This document shows, piece after piece, positions 22,155 to 35,100 of a stretch of 64,000 nt of DNA (within the stretch, counting starts at the first letter, position 1; the number at the start of each line of letters is the position of its first letter). The notes beneath the pieces are model-generated. The model did no database searches. It saw only the letters and a list, made by a program, of their open reading frames with translations, and had not been told where the DNA came from. The position numbers and the translations under genes were made by a program. This DNA comes from Eledone cirrhosa (lineage: Eukaryota), in contig OZ024741.1 in assembly GCA_964016885.1 (NCBI GenBank), forward strand, positions 23,932,001 through 23,996,000, in the 5' to 3' direction.

Positions 22155-22913
22155 ATGGTGACAAGACTACGAACAAGCGAAGCTATCAGGGCATTTACCA
22201 GGGAAGGTGATGTCGCTTGGCTGCGAAAAGTCCGGCTGGTCGCAAGCTTGCAGAAGATAGAAGATGTGGCTGGCCTCATGGCACTGTACCTCGAAGGGGA
22301 CACGTTGGTACTCTTCCTTGAGTTTGACGAACACAGCCAAAGAGATGCGCAAAAGATTGAGAGAAGCATGATAGAAGCATTCGCAGAAGGACCGTTAGCC
22401 GCTTTCGCTAAGCTGGCAAGAATTAGATGAAACGGTAAACGTGTTGACATTTTCGCAGCGGAAATACGGCGATTGGCTATGTTGGCTGGATATCAGGTGG
22501 AATGCGAACGCACGGTGCGGTTGGCGTTCATAAATGGATTTCCAGACGACATAGCGGTGAAACTGCAGCAAGTCCCGGGTTACAAAGAAATGGAAATGCG
22601 TTCACTGGTGGAACAAGCCCGGATCATAGCAGAAGATGCCAAAAAGAGTGTTGCGACGATAGCAACTACAGAGGCTCAAGACAGCTGGCAGCGAAATGGT
22701 GAAAGGGAGGCAACCACGGGACGCGGTCGCCCGCGAACGTTTAGCGGTCGCTGTTTTCGGTGCCAGGGCCCGCACATACCTAGAGACTGCAGAGAGTCAA
22801 GGCCAGAAATAATATGCTACCGGTGTAAGCGACCAGGCCACATCGCTACTAACTGCGACCAGGGAAATGATCCAAGGGAAACTACTGTGCCAGTAGTTGC
22901 CCCTTACGAGTAG
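22155..22913 (+). pseudogene. gag: gag of the LTR element, interrupted by an in-frame TGA at 22428-22430
   Basis: ORFs 22155-22430 and 22473-22913 share a frame. Two zinc knuckles: CFRCQGPHIPRDC (CX2CX3HX4C) and CYRCKRPGHIATNC (CX2CX4HX4C). Confidence 0.85.
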
Positions 22914-25719
22914 AGGCGCTGGCCGTGGTGGAAGTCTTTGTGAGGGGAAAGCCACAGCGAGCCCTCGTGGACACGGGCTGTATGACGACACTGGTGACCG
23001 TGGGGGTGGCACAGAGGTGGAGAGGGAAGAGCAGCGTAAGGGCAGTCGACGGCAGGAAAATTGAATGCCGAGGTCGCAGCGAGATGGAAATAGCGGTACG
23101 GGGAAGGAAAATAAGGCTTTCTGCCATCATAGTAGACAGCGTGGTGGATGGGATCGGCGTGGTTATGGGCATGGACGCAATTGGCCGTCTAGGAGGCGTC
23201 ACAGTGAACAACGTTGGTGTGTCGTTTGGCGCCGCTGCATCGGTATGCGCTGTGAGTGCGCAACAGGAGAACCAGAAGGCCCACGAGGAGAAATACCCCG
23301 CTTACACTGTGCAGGACAAAGACTTCAAGGCCGTGTTCGATGGGCAGCGATGGGTTGTTGAGTGGTACTGGAAGGGAGAACCACCAACACTGAAGACCAA
23401 GGTGGGCTGCTATCAACACACATTGAAGGCAAACATTAGGAGCGAGTTCGAGCGAGCGGTAGAGAGATGGATTGAGGAGGGCATACTGCTTCCCTGGAAA
23501 GAGGAGGTGAAGTGCGGAGTATTGCCGTTAATGGTGGTGGTGCAACCCACGAAGAACAAGGTGAGGCTGGTGCTGGACTTTCGGGAGCTGAACGAGCACG
23601 TGTCATGCCACACGGGTGGCGAGGTCACGGATGTCTGTGGGGAAACCCTGCGTGAGTGGAGACGCATGACGGGGGGTTCAGCAATCGTAGATCTAAAGTT
23701 GGCATACTTCAATTGCATATAGATGAGAAGCTCTGGCAGTATCAGCTGGTCAGGTATAAGGGCCGGACATATTGCCTGACCAGGCTCGGTTTCGGGCTGA
23801 GCTCCGCACCGAAGATCATGGCGGCGGTCCTCAAGACAATTCTGGGAAAGGCCGACAAGATGAAGGGGGCCACTAACTCCTATATTGACGACATCCTAGT
23901 GGACGAGTCTGTGGTGTCGGCGGCAGAGGTCACAAGCCATTTACAGGGGTATGGACTGACTGCGAAGCCGTCAGAAGCGTTGGAGGGAGGAGCCGCGCTG
24001 GGACTTAGGCTACGGCGAGACAGGACGGGCGTCTTGGTATTCCAGAGGGGAAATGAAGTTCCAGAACTGGGCCCAAGTATGAGTAGGCGGGAGCTTTTCT
24101 CGGTGTGTGGAAAGTTGGTGGGTCACTACCCGATTGCTGGGTGGCTCCGGACGGCATGCAGCTATGTCAAGAGACGAGCGAGAGGAGTGACTTGGAGTGA
24201 CAGAGTGGGAGAGAGAACGGTGGCCATGATGCAGGAGATCGTGGGGAGGGTGAAGGCTGACGACCCAGTGCGGGGACACTGGTATGTTCCCAAATCACAG
24301 AGCGGGACCGTATGGTGCGATGCCAGTAGCATAGCGCTGGGTGTCACGTTGGAGATAGGAGGTGTTGAGGTCGAGGACGCAGCCTGGTTTAGGAAGAAGG
24401 ACGACTGCAACCACATCAATGTGGCCGAGCTGGACGCAGTGTTGAGAGGGGTGAACCTCACCCTGAGGTGGGGACTGCGCACCATCGAGATACGCACCGA
24501 CTCGGCTACTGTACTCGGATGGGTGAGATCAGTGCTCACCAGTGAGAAGAGAGTGCGAACGAGAGGGGCGGCGGAGATGCTGATAAAGCGCCGCCTGGGA
24601 ACTTTAGGAGAGCTGGCCACTGAGTTCGACCTGAGGCTGAGCGTAGTTTTCGTGCCCTCAGAGAAAAATAGGGCGGACATCTTAACTAGGGTGAAGAAAG
24701 CCTGGATGGAAGCGCCGGAGGAGGTAGAAGATGAGATAGCTGCCGTGTGTCGGCTGACCGAGTCGGATCTGAAAGGGTTGCATGACATGCACCATATGGG
24801 GGTGGATAGGAGCCTGTTCCTAGCCAGGAGAATCGACTCGGACGTTAACAGACACAGTGTTCAAAGGGTGGTTAGAGGCTGCGTCCGATGTCAGTCCATT
24901 GATCCCGCCCCAGGTGTACACGAAACGGGAAGCCTCCCGGTGGATCGCGACTGGAAGCGATTGGTGGTGGATGTAACGCACTACCGACAGGGAACGTATC
25001 TCTCGATGGTCGACTGTGGACCAGGACGGATGGCGATATGGAGGGAGATGAAGACTGGAATGGCCGAGGAAATCATGCGGATGTTGAGAGAGGTGTTCTT
25101 GGAGCGGGGCCCTGTGGACGAACTGCTGATGGACAACAGCGCAGCGTTCCGCTTGGAGGCACTGAGGGAGATGCTCGATGGATGGAAGGTGGACCGTTTC
25201 TTCAGAGCAGTGCACAGGCCGAGCAGGAATGGAATTGTGGAGCGACACCACCGGACGATCAAGGCAATGGCGGAGTGGGGCCATATCTCACCAATGGAGG
25301 CAGTGTTCTGGTACAACATGTCCCCTCGGGTGGGACAGGTCGAGGAATCGGTGCCACACAGAGCAGTATTCAGATACGAGTGGCGGCACCCGTGCACGCC
25401 ACCACAACGGCCAGTGGGGAGAGAGAGTGCATTCGTGCAGGTGGGCGAAGAAGTCTGGGTTAAGCCCCCAGATGCACGTTGGACATCTCAATGGGGAAGG
25501 GGAACGGTGACGGCCGTAAATTCCCAGAACAATGTGTCCGTGGACGGAGTACCACGTCATGTCCTGGATGTCCGTAGAATCACTGTGTCAACGGACTCCG
25601 AGGAAGAGGAAACCCAAAGTGCTGCCCCAACACTGCGGAGATCGCAAAGAAGTCGTAAACCACCAACCTGGACAGCAGACTTTCATATGCAGAAGGACGA
25701 GGGGGAAATTGATCCTTGA
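22871..25719 (+). pseudogene. pol: pro-pol (aspartic protease, RT, RNase H, integrase) with a frameshift near 23708
   Basis: Protease ALVDTGC. RT motifs LVLDFRELN, RLGFGL, YIDDILV. RNase H WCDAS, NVAEL, IRTDS, NRADILTR. Integrase HDMHH...CVRC, VVD, MDN, NGIVERHH. The frame changes at DLKLAY/LQLHID, consistent with a 1-bp deletion. Confidence 0.9.
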
Positions 25720-25732
25720 GATCAGGGGGGCG

Positions 25733-25984
25733 TGTGGGTATGGTGTGGCGTGCAGTGGCCGGAAGCGGGGGAGTGCTCGACCGGAAGGGTGCTTGGCCGG
25801 AAGGATGCTCGACCAGAAGGGCCAGCAGATGGCCCTCTCTAGTGGTGACCAGCAATGGTGTGAACGCGAGTTTTGGCAGCTCCCGGTGTTCAGCAGCTGG
25901 ACGCACGTGGAAGAGGAGAGACCAGCAGTGGAATTTAGCGGCGCCTATGAAAAGCGGTAAGTGAGATAGCTTTTTCTAACTACA
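25733..25984 (+). repeat. 3' LTR (252 bp)
   Basis: tgtgggtatggtgtggcg...ctaactaca. Differs from the 5' LTR by about 13 substitutions (manual count), a 16-bp insertion and a 1-bp indel. Confidence 0.93.
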
Positions 25985-26749
25985 TTTCTGTCCAGGAATA
26001 TTTACAGTGAAGTTTGATGTCCGTATTTCTGTCCAGGAATATTTACAGTGAAGTTTGATGTCTGTATTTCTGTCCAGGAATATTACAGTGAAGTTTGATG
26101 TCTGTATTTCTGTCCAGGAATATTACAGTGAAGTTTGATGTCTGTATTTCTGTCCAGGAATATTACAGTGAAGTTTGATGTCTGTATTTCTGTCCAGGAA
26201 TATTACAGTGTAGTTTGATGTCTGTATTTCTGTCCAGGAATATTACAGTGTAGTTTGATGTCTGTATTTCTGTCCAGGAACATTTACAGTGAAGTTTGAT
26301 GTCTGTATTTCTGTCCAGGAATATTACAGTGTAGTTTGATGTCTGTATTTCTGTCCAGGAACATTTACAGTGAAGTTTGATGTCTGTATTTCTGTCCAGG
26401 AATATTACAGTGAAGTTTGCTGTCTGTATTTCTGTCCAGGAATATTACAGTGAAGTTTGATGTCTGTATTTCTGTCCAGGAATATTACAGTGTAGTTTGA
26501 TGTCTGTATTTCTGTCCAGGAATATTACAGTGAAGTTTGATGTCTGTATTTCTGTCCAGGAATATTTACAGTGAAGTTTGATGTCTGCATTTCTGTCCAG
26601 GAATATTTACAGTGAAGTTTGATGTCTGTATTTCTGTCCAGGAATATTTACAGTGTAGTTTGATGTCTGCATTTCTGTCCAGGAATATTTACAGTGTAGT
26701 TTGATGTCTGCATTTCTGTCCAGGAATATTTACAGTGAAGTTTGATGTC
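25985..26749. repeat. 40/41-bp minisatellite, right arm (~19 copies)
   Basis: Same unit, resuming in register after the TSD. Confidence 0.95.
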
Positions 26750-27109
26750 CAAGAGATGGCAATCTTCACTTCTATAAAGTTTGGTAAAAATGCAGCTTAT
26801 TTTTTTCTTTTAATGTAATGATTAAGTGAATATGAAGGGACAGTGCCCATGACATTTGTAGGCCATTAATGACTGGTCCGATCGATACAGTTGATGTTCA
26901 GTTTGAATATCTGTAGGTCAGTGTATAGACAGGGAGACAAATTTTAGAGGTTTGTCGTTGCTGGAGTGGAAGAATTGGAAAAAAGTGGTTAGTGCGAAGT
27001 CTGGAGTGGGTTGATGAGTGGAGGAGAGAATAACATGTTGAGGAGTGGCTGGTATGTAACTATCTCAGAGGTGCAGAAGCTGTAGTAGTAATAATAGTTT
27101 CTACTTTTG

Positions 27110-27285
27110 GCACAAGGCCAGCAATTATCCCAGTGCATTACTGGTACTTTATTTTATGGACCTTATAAGGATGAAAGGCAAAGTTAACCTCAACGGGATT
27201 TAAACTCGGAATGTAAAGGGCCATAACTCTATACTGAAAACCATGGTGTCTGACGCTCTACCGATACCGCCAATCCACTGCCCTA
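27110..27285 (-). mobile_element. Dispersed SINE (second family)
   Basis: Homologous to 15083-15250: ggatgaaaggcaaagttaacctcaacgggatttaaactc...tgacgctctaccgataccgcca. Confidence 0.7.
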
Positions 27286-28317
27286 TGTAGTAGTAGTAGT
27301 AATAATGATTAAGGGAGATTTTGTTACTATTTCTAGCAAGTTGAGTGACCATATAGAGGCTCCTTATTGAGTTGTATTATCCAACCTTTTGCATTTGTGT
27401 GTTACGTGGAATTTTATGGATTCTTTTGGTTGCTAACTTTTACGAGAAGACAATGTCTGGCCTATGTAGTAATATATTTCAGACACCTGTATAATATATT
27501 TCAGACACCTGGGACCTTTCAGATCTAGTATCTAAAGAAACAGTTGTGTAGGTAATCTTAATCCATTACTTCTGAGAGACTTTTACAGATCCATCTCCCC
27601 TAAATAACTGTATATACTGGGAAAGACTATCTTGTCTCTTGTCAAGCTTCTTGAATTATGTATCTTAACACCAGAATTGAAATTATGATAAATTCATTAT
27701 TCAACATAAAGACATAACTAAAGTATTGATAGTGAAGTAAGTTGATAGTTAATAGAAACAACTGGCTGGAAGATCAGTGGTTTAATGTTTTTTCACTAGA
27801 AAGACATTGAATTCATTGACAAAACATTTAAAACTCAATGGCCTTGTCGACATAGTACCAAGTAGATACCAGAAGCTGGTATGTAGACTATCATAAACAA
27901 CAGCTGCATTATAAAACTAACAAATAATCCATTGCTAATTTGTTTGGCAAGAAAACTCATCTATCTCATAACAACTAATATGTAGTTACTACTGTTCCTC
28001 TTCTACCATTTTATCATTTTCTTTCCCTTCACACTCATATTCATATTCTCCCATAATCCCTTGGCTCTCATCCATTGCTCTCTCCATTACATCTTTCAAT
28101 TGTTATCTAGCACAAGCTCTCACCATGACAGCCTCCGATTACTTCACCTCCTTCTAAACAGCAACCAACATACAACATTGTCCCTTTCCCTCCAATACTA
28201 CTATATCATTTGTGTGACTAGAGATTACAGGTGTGCAAGTGAGTTACAGTGTTCATTATGATGATGATGTGATTTACCCTGATCACATAGGTAATGAAAT
28301 AAAAACCAAATCACAAC

Positions 28318-28508
28318 TTAACCCTTTAAATATTCTCTCACCTCTTTCTGTTCAACCTGGTCATAACTTGCCACTCATACTGATGCTAAGGTATTGTTGT
28401 CAAAATAAATAATATCAAAATCTCATAAATTCAATATTATGTAAGATAAAGCCTTTACCACAAAAATACAATAGTAAATATAGAGTAATGTAATTGCTAA
28501 AGGGTTAA
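28318..28508 (-). mobile_element. piggyBac-like MITE, copy 3 (inverted)
   Basis: ttaa-cccttta...gataaagcctttaccacaaaaatacaatagtaaatatagagtaatgtaattgctaaaggg-ttaa, reverse complement of copies 1 and 2. Confidence 0.75.
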
Positions 28509-29137
28509 ATATATTTATTAATTTAATAACCTGTTATGAGGCTATTGCTGATAAAATAGGAAAACAAGGCTGTGTTGTTGTGGTGTATGTGCACACGCAA
28601 TAGTTTGAAAGATGATATTTACAGTTGTATATGGACTGACCTTTGCCAAAGTGTCGTTGGAAATAAAGCCAGCTGGCCCTTGTCGATAGGGCAAACCAGA
28701 GTGTTTGGTTAACGCCTACATCTCCCTGCTTGCTGGAACAAACTCAGTGTGGTGTGTCTCCTTTGAGAGATGAAAGCAGTATGAGTATGATCAAGCTAGT
28801 TATCGCAAATAAACTGCAAATGATCCATAGCTGGATATTTCTCTTGACAAGCTGGCAACAGTTCCGAAACAAAGAAAAAAGGGACATCTATATAGTACAA
28901 GGTCAGCAAGTGGGGTCACACTCACCTACTTTGCTAACATCAGAAGAAGAGTTAACATTACTGCTCTAGCACTGTATTTTATTGTCCACAGAATGATGAA
29001 AGAAAAAGTTAACCTTGCTGAGATTTGAACCCAGAGTGTAAACACTTGTTACTAACCGCAGCAAAGACATTTTATCTCATCTAACAATTCTGCCATTTAC
29101 TGATCTTGATGGAGAGCTTGATCTTTAGTTCTAGTTC

Positions 29138-32100
29138 AACTCTAACCAAGTACATATATAGTAAAAGACAGTGCCTCAGCCATGACCTAACCCTAATCCA
29201 GTACATATATAGTAAAAGACAGTGCCTCAGCCATGACCTAACCCTAATCCAGTACATATATAGTAAAAGACTGTGCTTCAGCTGTCACCTAACTCTAATC
29301 CAGTACATCTATAGTAAAAGACTGTGCTGCAGCCATGACCTAACCCTAATCCAGTACATATATAGTAAAAGACTGTGCTTCAGCTGTCACCTAAACCTAA
29401 TCCAGTACATCTATAGTAAAAGACTGTGCTTCAGCAATGACCTAACCATAATCCAGTACATCTATAGTAAAAGACTGTGCTTCAGCAATGACCTAACCAT
29501 AATCCAGTACATATATAGTAAAAGACTGTGCTTCAGCAATGACCTAACCATAATCCAGTACATCTATAGTAAAAGACTGTGCTTCAGCAATGACCTAACC
29601 ATAATCCAGTACATCTATAGTAAAAGACTGTGCTTCAGCCATGACCTAACCCTAATCCAGTACATATATAGTAAAAGACTGTGCTTCAGCAATGACCTAA
29701 CCATAATCCAGTACATATATAGTAAAAGACTGTGCTGCAGCTGTCACCTAACTCTAATCCAGTACATATATAGTAAAAGACTGTGCTTCAGCCATGACCT
29801 AACCATAATCCAGTACATATATAGTAAAAGACTGTGCTTCAGCTGTCACCTAACTCTAATCCAGTACATATATAGTAAAAGACTGTGCTTCAGCCATGAC
29901 CTAACCCTAATCCAGTACATATATAGTAAAAGACTGTGCTTCAGCTGTCACCTAACACTAATCCAGTACATCTATAGTAAAAGACTGTGCTGCAGCCATG
30001 ACCTAACCCTAATCCAGTACATATATAGTAAAAGACTGTGCTTCAGCTGTCACCTAAACCTAATCCAGTACATCTATAGTAAAAGACTGTGCTTCAGCAA
30101 TGACCTTACCATAATCCAGTACATCTATAGTAAAAGACTGTGCTTCAGCAATGACCTAACCATAATCCAGTACATATATAGTAAAAGACTGTGCTGCAGC
30201 TGTCACCTAACTCTAATCCAGTACATATATAGTAAAAGACTGTGCTTCAGCCATGACCTAACCCTAATCCAGTACATATATAGTAAAAGACTGTGCTTCA
30301 GCTGTCACCTAACTCTAATCCAGTACATATATAGTAAAAGACTGTGCTTCAGCCATGACCTAACCCTAATCCAGTACATATATAGTAAAAGACTGTGCTT
30401 CAGCTGTCACCTAACTCTAATCCAGTACATATATAGTAAAAGACTGTGCTTCAGCCATGACCTAACCCTAATCCAGTACATATATAGTAAAAGACTGTGC
30501 TGCAGCTGTCACCTAACTCTAATCCAGTACATATATAGTAAAAGACTGTGCTTCAGCCATGACCTAACCATAATCCAGTACATATATAGTAAAAGACTGT
30601 GCTTCAGCTGTCACCTAACTCTAATCCAGTACATATATAGTAAAAGACTGTGCTGCAGCCATGACCTAACCCTAATCCAGTACATATATAGTAAAAGACT
30701 GTGCTTCAGCTGTCACCTAACTCTAATCCAGTACATATATAGTAAAAGACTGTGCTTCAGCCATGACCTAACCCTAATCCAGTACATATATAGTAAAAGA
30801 CTGTGCTTCAGCTGTCACCTAACTCTAATCCAGTACATATATAGTAAAAGACTGTGCTTCAGCCATGACCTAACCCTAATCCAGTAAATATATAGTAAAA
30901 GACTGTGCTTCAGCTGTCACCTAACTCTAATCCAGTACATATATAGTAAAAGACTGTGCTTCAGCTGTCACCTAACCCTAATCCAGTACATATATAGTAA
31001 AAGACTGTGCTTCAGCTGTCACCTAACTCTAATCCAGTACATATATAGTAAAAGACTGTGCTTCAGCCATGACCTAACCATAATCCAGTACATATATAGT
31101 AAAAGACTGTGCTTCAGCTGTCACCTAACTCTAATCCAGTACATATATAGTAAAAGACTGTGCTTCAGCCATGACCTAACCATAATCCAGTACATATATA
31201 GTAAAAGACTGTGCTTCAGCTGTCACCTAACTCTAATCCAGTACATATATAGTAAAAGACTGTGCTGCAGCCATGACCTAACCCTAATCCAGTACATATA
31301 TAGTAAAAGACTGTGCTTCAGCTGTCACCTAACTCTAATCCAGTACATATATAGTAAAAGACTGTGCTTCAGCTGTCACCTAACTCTAATCCAGTACATA
31401 TATAGTAAAAGACTGTGCTTCAGCTGTCACCTAACTCTAATCCAGTACATCTATAGTAAAAGACTGTGCTTCAGCCATGACCTAACCCTAATCCAGTACA
31501 TATATAGTAAAAGACTGTGCTTCAGCTGTCACCTAACTCTAATCCAGTACATATATAGTAAAAGACTGTGCTTCAGCTCTCACCTAACCCTAATCCAGTA
31601 CATATATAGTAAAAGACTGTGCTTCAGCTGTGACCTAACCCTAATCCAGTACATATATAGTAAAAGACTGTGCTTCAGCTGTGACCTAACCCTAATCCAG
31701 TACATATATAGTAAAAGACTGTGCTTCAGCTGTGACCTAACCCTAATCCAGTACATATATAGTAAAAGACTGTGCTGCAGCCATGACCTAACCCTAATCC
31801 AGTACATATATAGTAAAAGACTGTGCTTCAGCTGTCACCTAACTCTAATCCAGTACATATATAGTAAAAGACTGTGCTTCAGCTGTGACCTAACCCTAAT
31901 CCAGTACATATATAGTAAAAGACTGTGCTGCAGCCATGACCTAACCCTAATCCAGTACATATATAGTAAAAGACTGTGCTTCAGCTGTCACCTAACTCTA
32001 ATCCAGTACATATATAGTAAAAGACTGTGCTTCAGCTGTGACCTAACCCTAATCCAGTACATATATAGTAAAAGACTGTGCTTCAGCTGTCACCTAAACC

Positions 32101-35100
32101 TAATCTAGTACATATATAGTAAAAGACTGTGCTTCAGCCATGACCTAACCCTAATCCAGTACATATATAGTAAAAGACTGTGCTTCAGCTGTCACCTAAC
32201 TCTAATCCAGTACATATATAGTAAAAGACTGTGCTTCAGCCATGACCTAACCATAATCCAGTACATATATAGTAAAAGACTGTGCTTCAGCTGTCACCTA
32301 ACTCTAATCCAGTACATATATAGTAAAAGACTGTGCTGCAGCCATGACCTAACCCTAATCCAGTACATATATAGTAAAAGACTGTGCTTCAGCTGTCACC
32401 TAACTCTAATCCAGTACATATATAGTAAAAGACTGTGCTTCAGCCATGACCTAACCCTAATCCAGTACATATATAGTAAAAGACTGTGCTTCAGCTGTCA
32501 CCTAACTCTAATCCAGTACATATATAGTAAAAGACTGTGCTTCAGCCATGACCTAACCCTAATCCAGTAAATATATAGTAAAAGACTGTGCTTCAGCTGT
32601 CACCTAACTCTAATCCAGTACATATATAGTAAAAGACTGTGCTTCAGCTGTCACCTAACCCTAATCCAGTACATATATAGTAAAAGACTGTGCTTCAGCT
32701 GTCACCTAACTCTAATCCAGTACATATATAGTAAAAGACTGTGCTTCAGCCATGACCTAACCATAATCCAGTACATATATAGTAAAAGACTGTGCTTCAG
32801 CTGTCACCTAACTCTAATCCAGTACATATATAGTAAAAGACTGTGCTTCAGCCATGACCTAACCATAATCCAGTACATATATAGTAAAAGACTGTGCTTC
32901 AGCTGTCACCTAACTCTAATCCAGTACATATATAGTAAAAGACTGTGCTGCAGCCATGACCTAACCCTAATCCAGTACATATATAGTAAAAGACTGTGCT
33001 TCAGCTGTCACCTAACTCTAATCCAGTACATATATAGTAAAAGACTGTGCTTCAGCTGTCACCTAACTCTAATCCAGTACATATATAGTAAAAGACTGTG
33101 CTTCAGCTGTCACCTAACTCTAATCCAGTACATCTATAGTAAAAGACTGTGCTTCAGCCATGACCTAACCCTAATCCAGTACATATATAGTAAAAGACTG
33201 TGCTTCAGCTGTCACCTAACTCTAATCCAGTACATATATAGTAAAAGACTGTGCTTCAGCTGTCACCTAACCCTAATCCAGTACATATATAGTAAAAGAC
33301 TGTGCTTCAGCTGTGACCTAACCCTAATCCAGTACATATATAGTAAAAGACTGTGCTTCAGCTGTGACCTAACCCTAATCCAGTACATATATAGTAAAAG
33401 ACTGTGCTTCAGCTGTGACCTAACCCTAATCCAGTACATATATAGTAAAAGACTGTGCTGCAGCCATGACCTAACCCTAATCCAGTACATATATAGTAAA
33501 AGACTGTGCTTCAGCTGTCACCTAACTCTAATCCAGTACATATATAGTAAAAGACTGTGCTTCAGCTGTGACCTAACCCTAATCCAGTACATATATAGTA
33601 AAAGACTGTGCTGCAGCCATGACCTAACCCTAATCCAGTACATATATAGTAAAAGACTGTGCTTCAGCTGTCACCTAACTCTAATCCAGTACATATATAG
33701 TAAAAGACTGTGCTTCAGCTGTGACCTAACCCTAATCCAGTACATATATAGTAAAAGACTGTGCTTCAGCTGTCACCTAAACCTAATCTAGTACATATAT
33801 AGTAAAAGACTGTGCTTCAGCCATGACCTAACCCTAATCCAGTACATATATAGTAAAAGACTGTGCTTCAGCTGTCACCTAACTCTAATCCAGTACATAT
33901 ATAGTAAAAGACTGTGCTGCAGCCATGACCTAACCCTAATCCAGTACATATATAGTAAAAGACCGTGCTTCAGCTGTGACCTAACTCTAATCCAGTACAT
34001 ATATAGTAAAAGACTGTGCTGCAGCCATGACCTAACCCTAATCCAGTACATATATAGTAAAAGACTGTGCTTCAGCTGTCACCTAACCCTAATCCAGTAC
34101 ATATATAGTAAAAGACTGTGCTTCAGCCATAACCTAACCCTAATCCAGTACATATATAGTAAAAGACTGTGCTTCAGCTGTCACCTAACCCTAATCCAGT
34201 AAATATATAGTAAAAGACTTTGCTTCAGCTGTCACCTAACCCTAATCCAGTACATATATAGTAAAAGACTGTGCTTCAGCTGTCACATAACCCTAATCCA
34301 GTACATATATAGTAAAAGACTGTGCTTCAGCTGTCACCTAACTCTAATCCAGTACATATATAGTAAAAGACTGTGCTTCAGCTGTCACCTAACTCTAATC
34401 CAGTACATATATAGTAAAAGACTGTGCTTCAGCTGTCACCTAACCCTAATCCAGTACATATATAGTAAAAGACTGTGCTTCAGCCATGACCTAACCCTAA
34501 TCCAGTACATATATAGTAAAAGACAGTGCCTCAGCTGTCACCTAACCCTAATCCAGTACATATATAGTAAAAGACTGTGCTTCAGCTGTCACCTAACCCT
34601 AATCCAGTACATATATAGTAAAAGACTGTGCTTCAGCCATGACCTAACTCTAATCCAGTACATATATAGTAAAAGACTGTGCTTCAGCTGTCACCTAACT
34701 CTAATCCAGTACATATATAGTAAAAGACCGTGCCTCAGCCATGACCTAACTCTAATCCAGTACATATATAGTAAAAGACTGTGCTTCAGCTGTCACCTAA
34801 CTGTAATCCAGTACATATATAGTAAAAGACTGTGCTTCAGCTGTCACCTAAACCTAATCCAGTACATATATAGTAAAAGACTGTGCTTCAGCCATGACCT
34901 AACCCTAATCCAGTACATATATAGTAAAAGACTGTGCTTCAGCCATGACCTAACCCTAATCCAGTACATATATAGTAAAAGACTGTGCTTCAGCTGTCAC
35001 CTAAACCTAATCTAGTACATATATAGTAAATGACTGTGCTTCAGCTGTCACCTAACTCTAATCCAGTACATATATAGTAAATGACTGTGCTTCAGCTGTC

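Larger units (their letters stand above)
21802..25984 (+). mobile_element. Full-length compact Ty3/Gypsy LTR retrotransposon (~4.2 kb), inactivated
   Basis: Direct LTRs begin TGTGGG and end ACA. TSD TTTCT at 21797-21801 and 25985-25989. Short purine tract AGGGGGG at 25724-25730. Domain order gag-PR-RT-RNaseH-IN. Confidence 0.95.

Noticed and set aside
22148-25964. Many overlapping and antisense ORFs within the LTR element, including a possible env
   Set aside because: Expected shadows of GC-rich pol and LTR sequence. No signal peptide or transmembrane env, and no room after the integrase.
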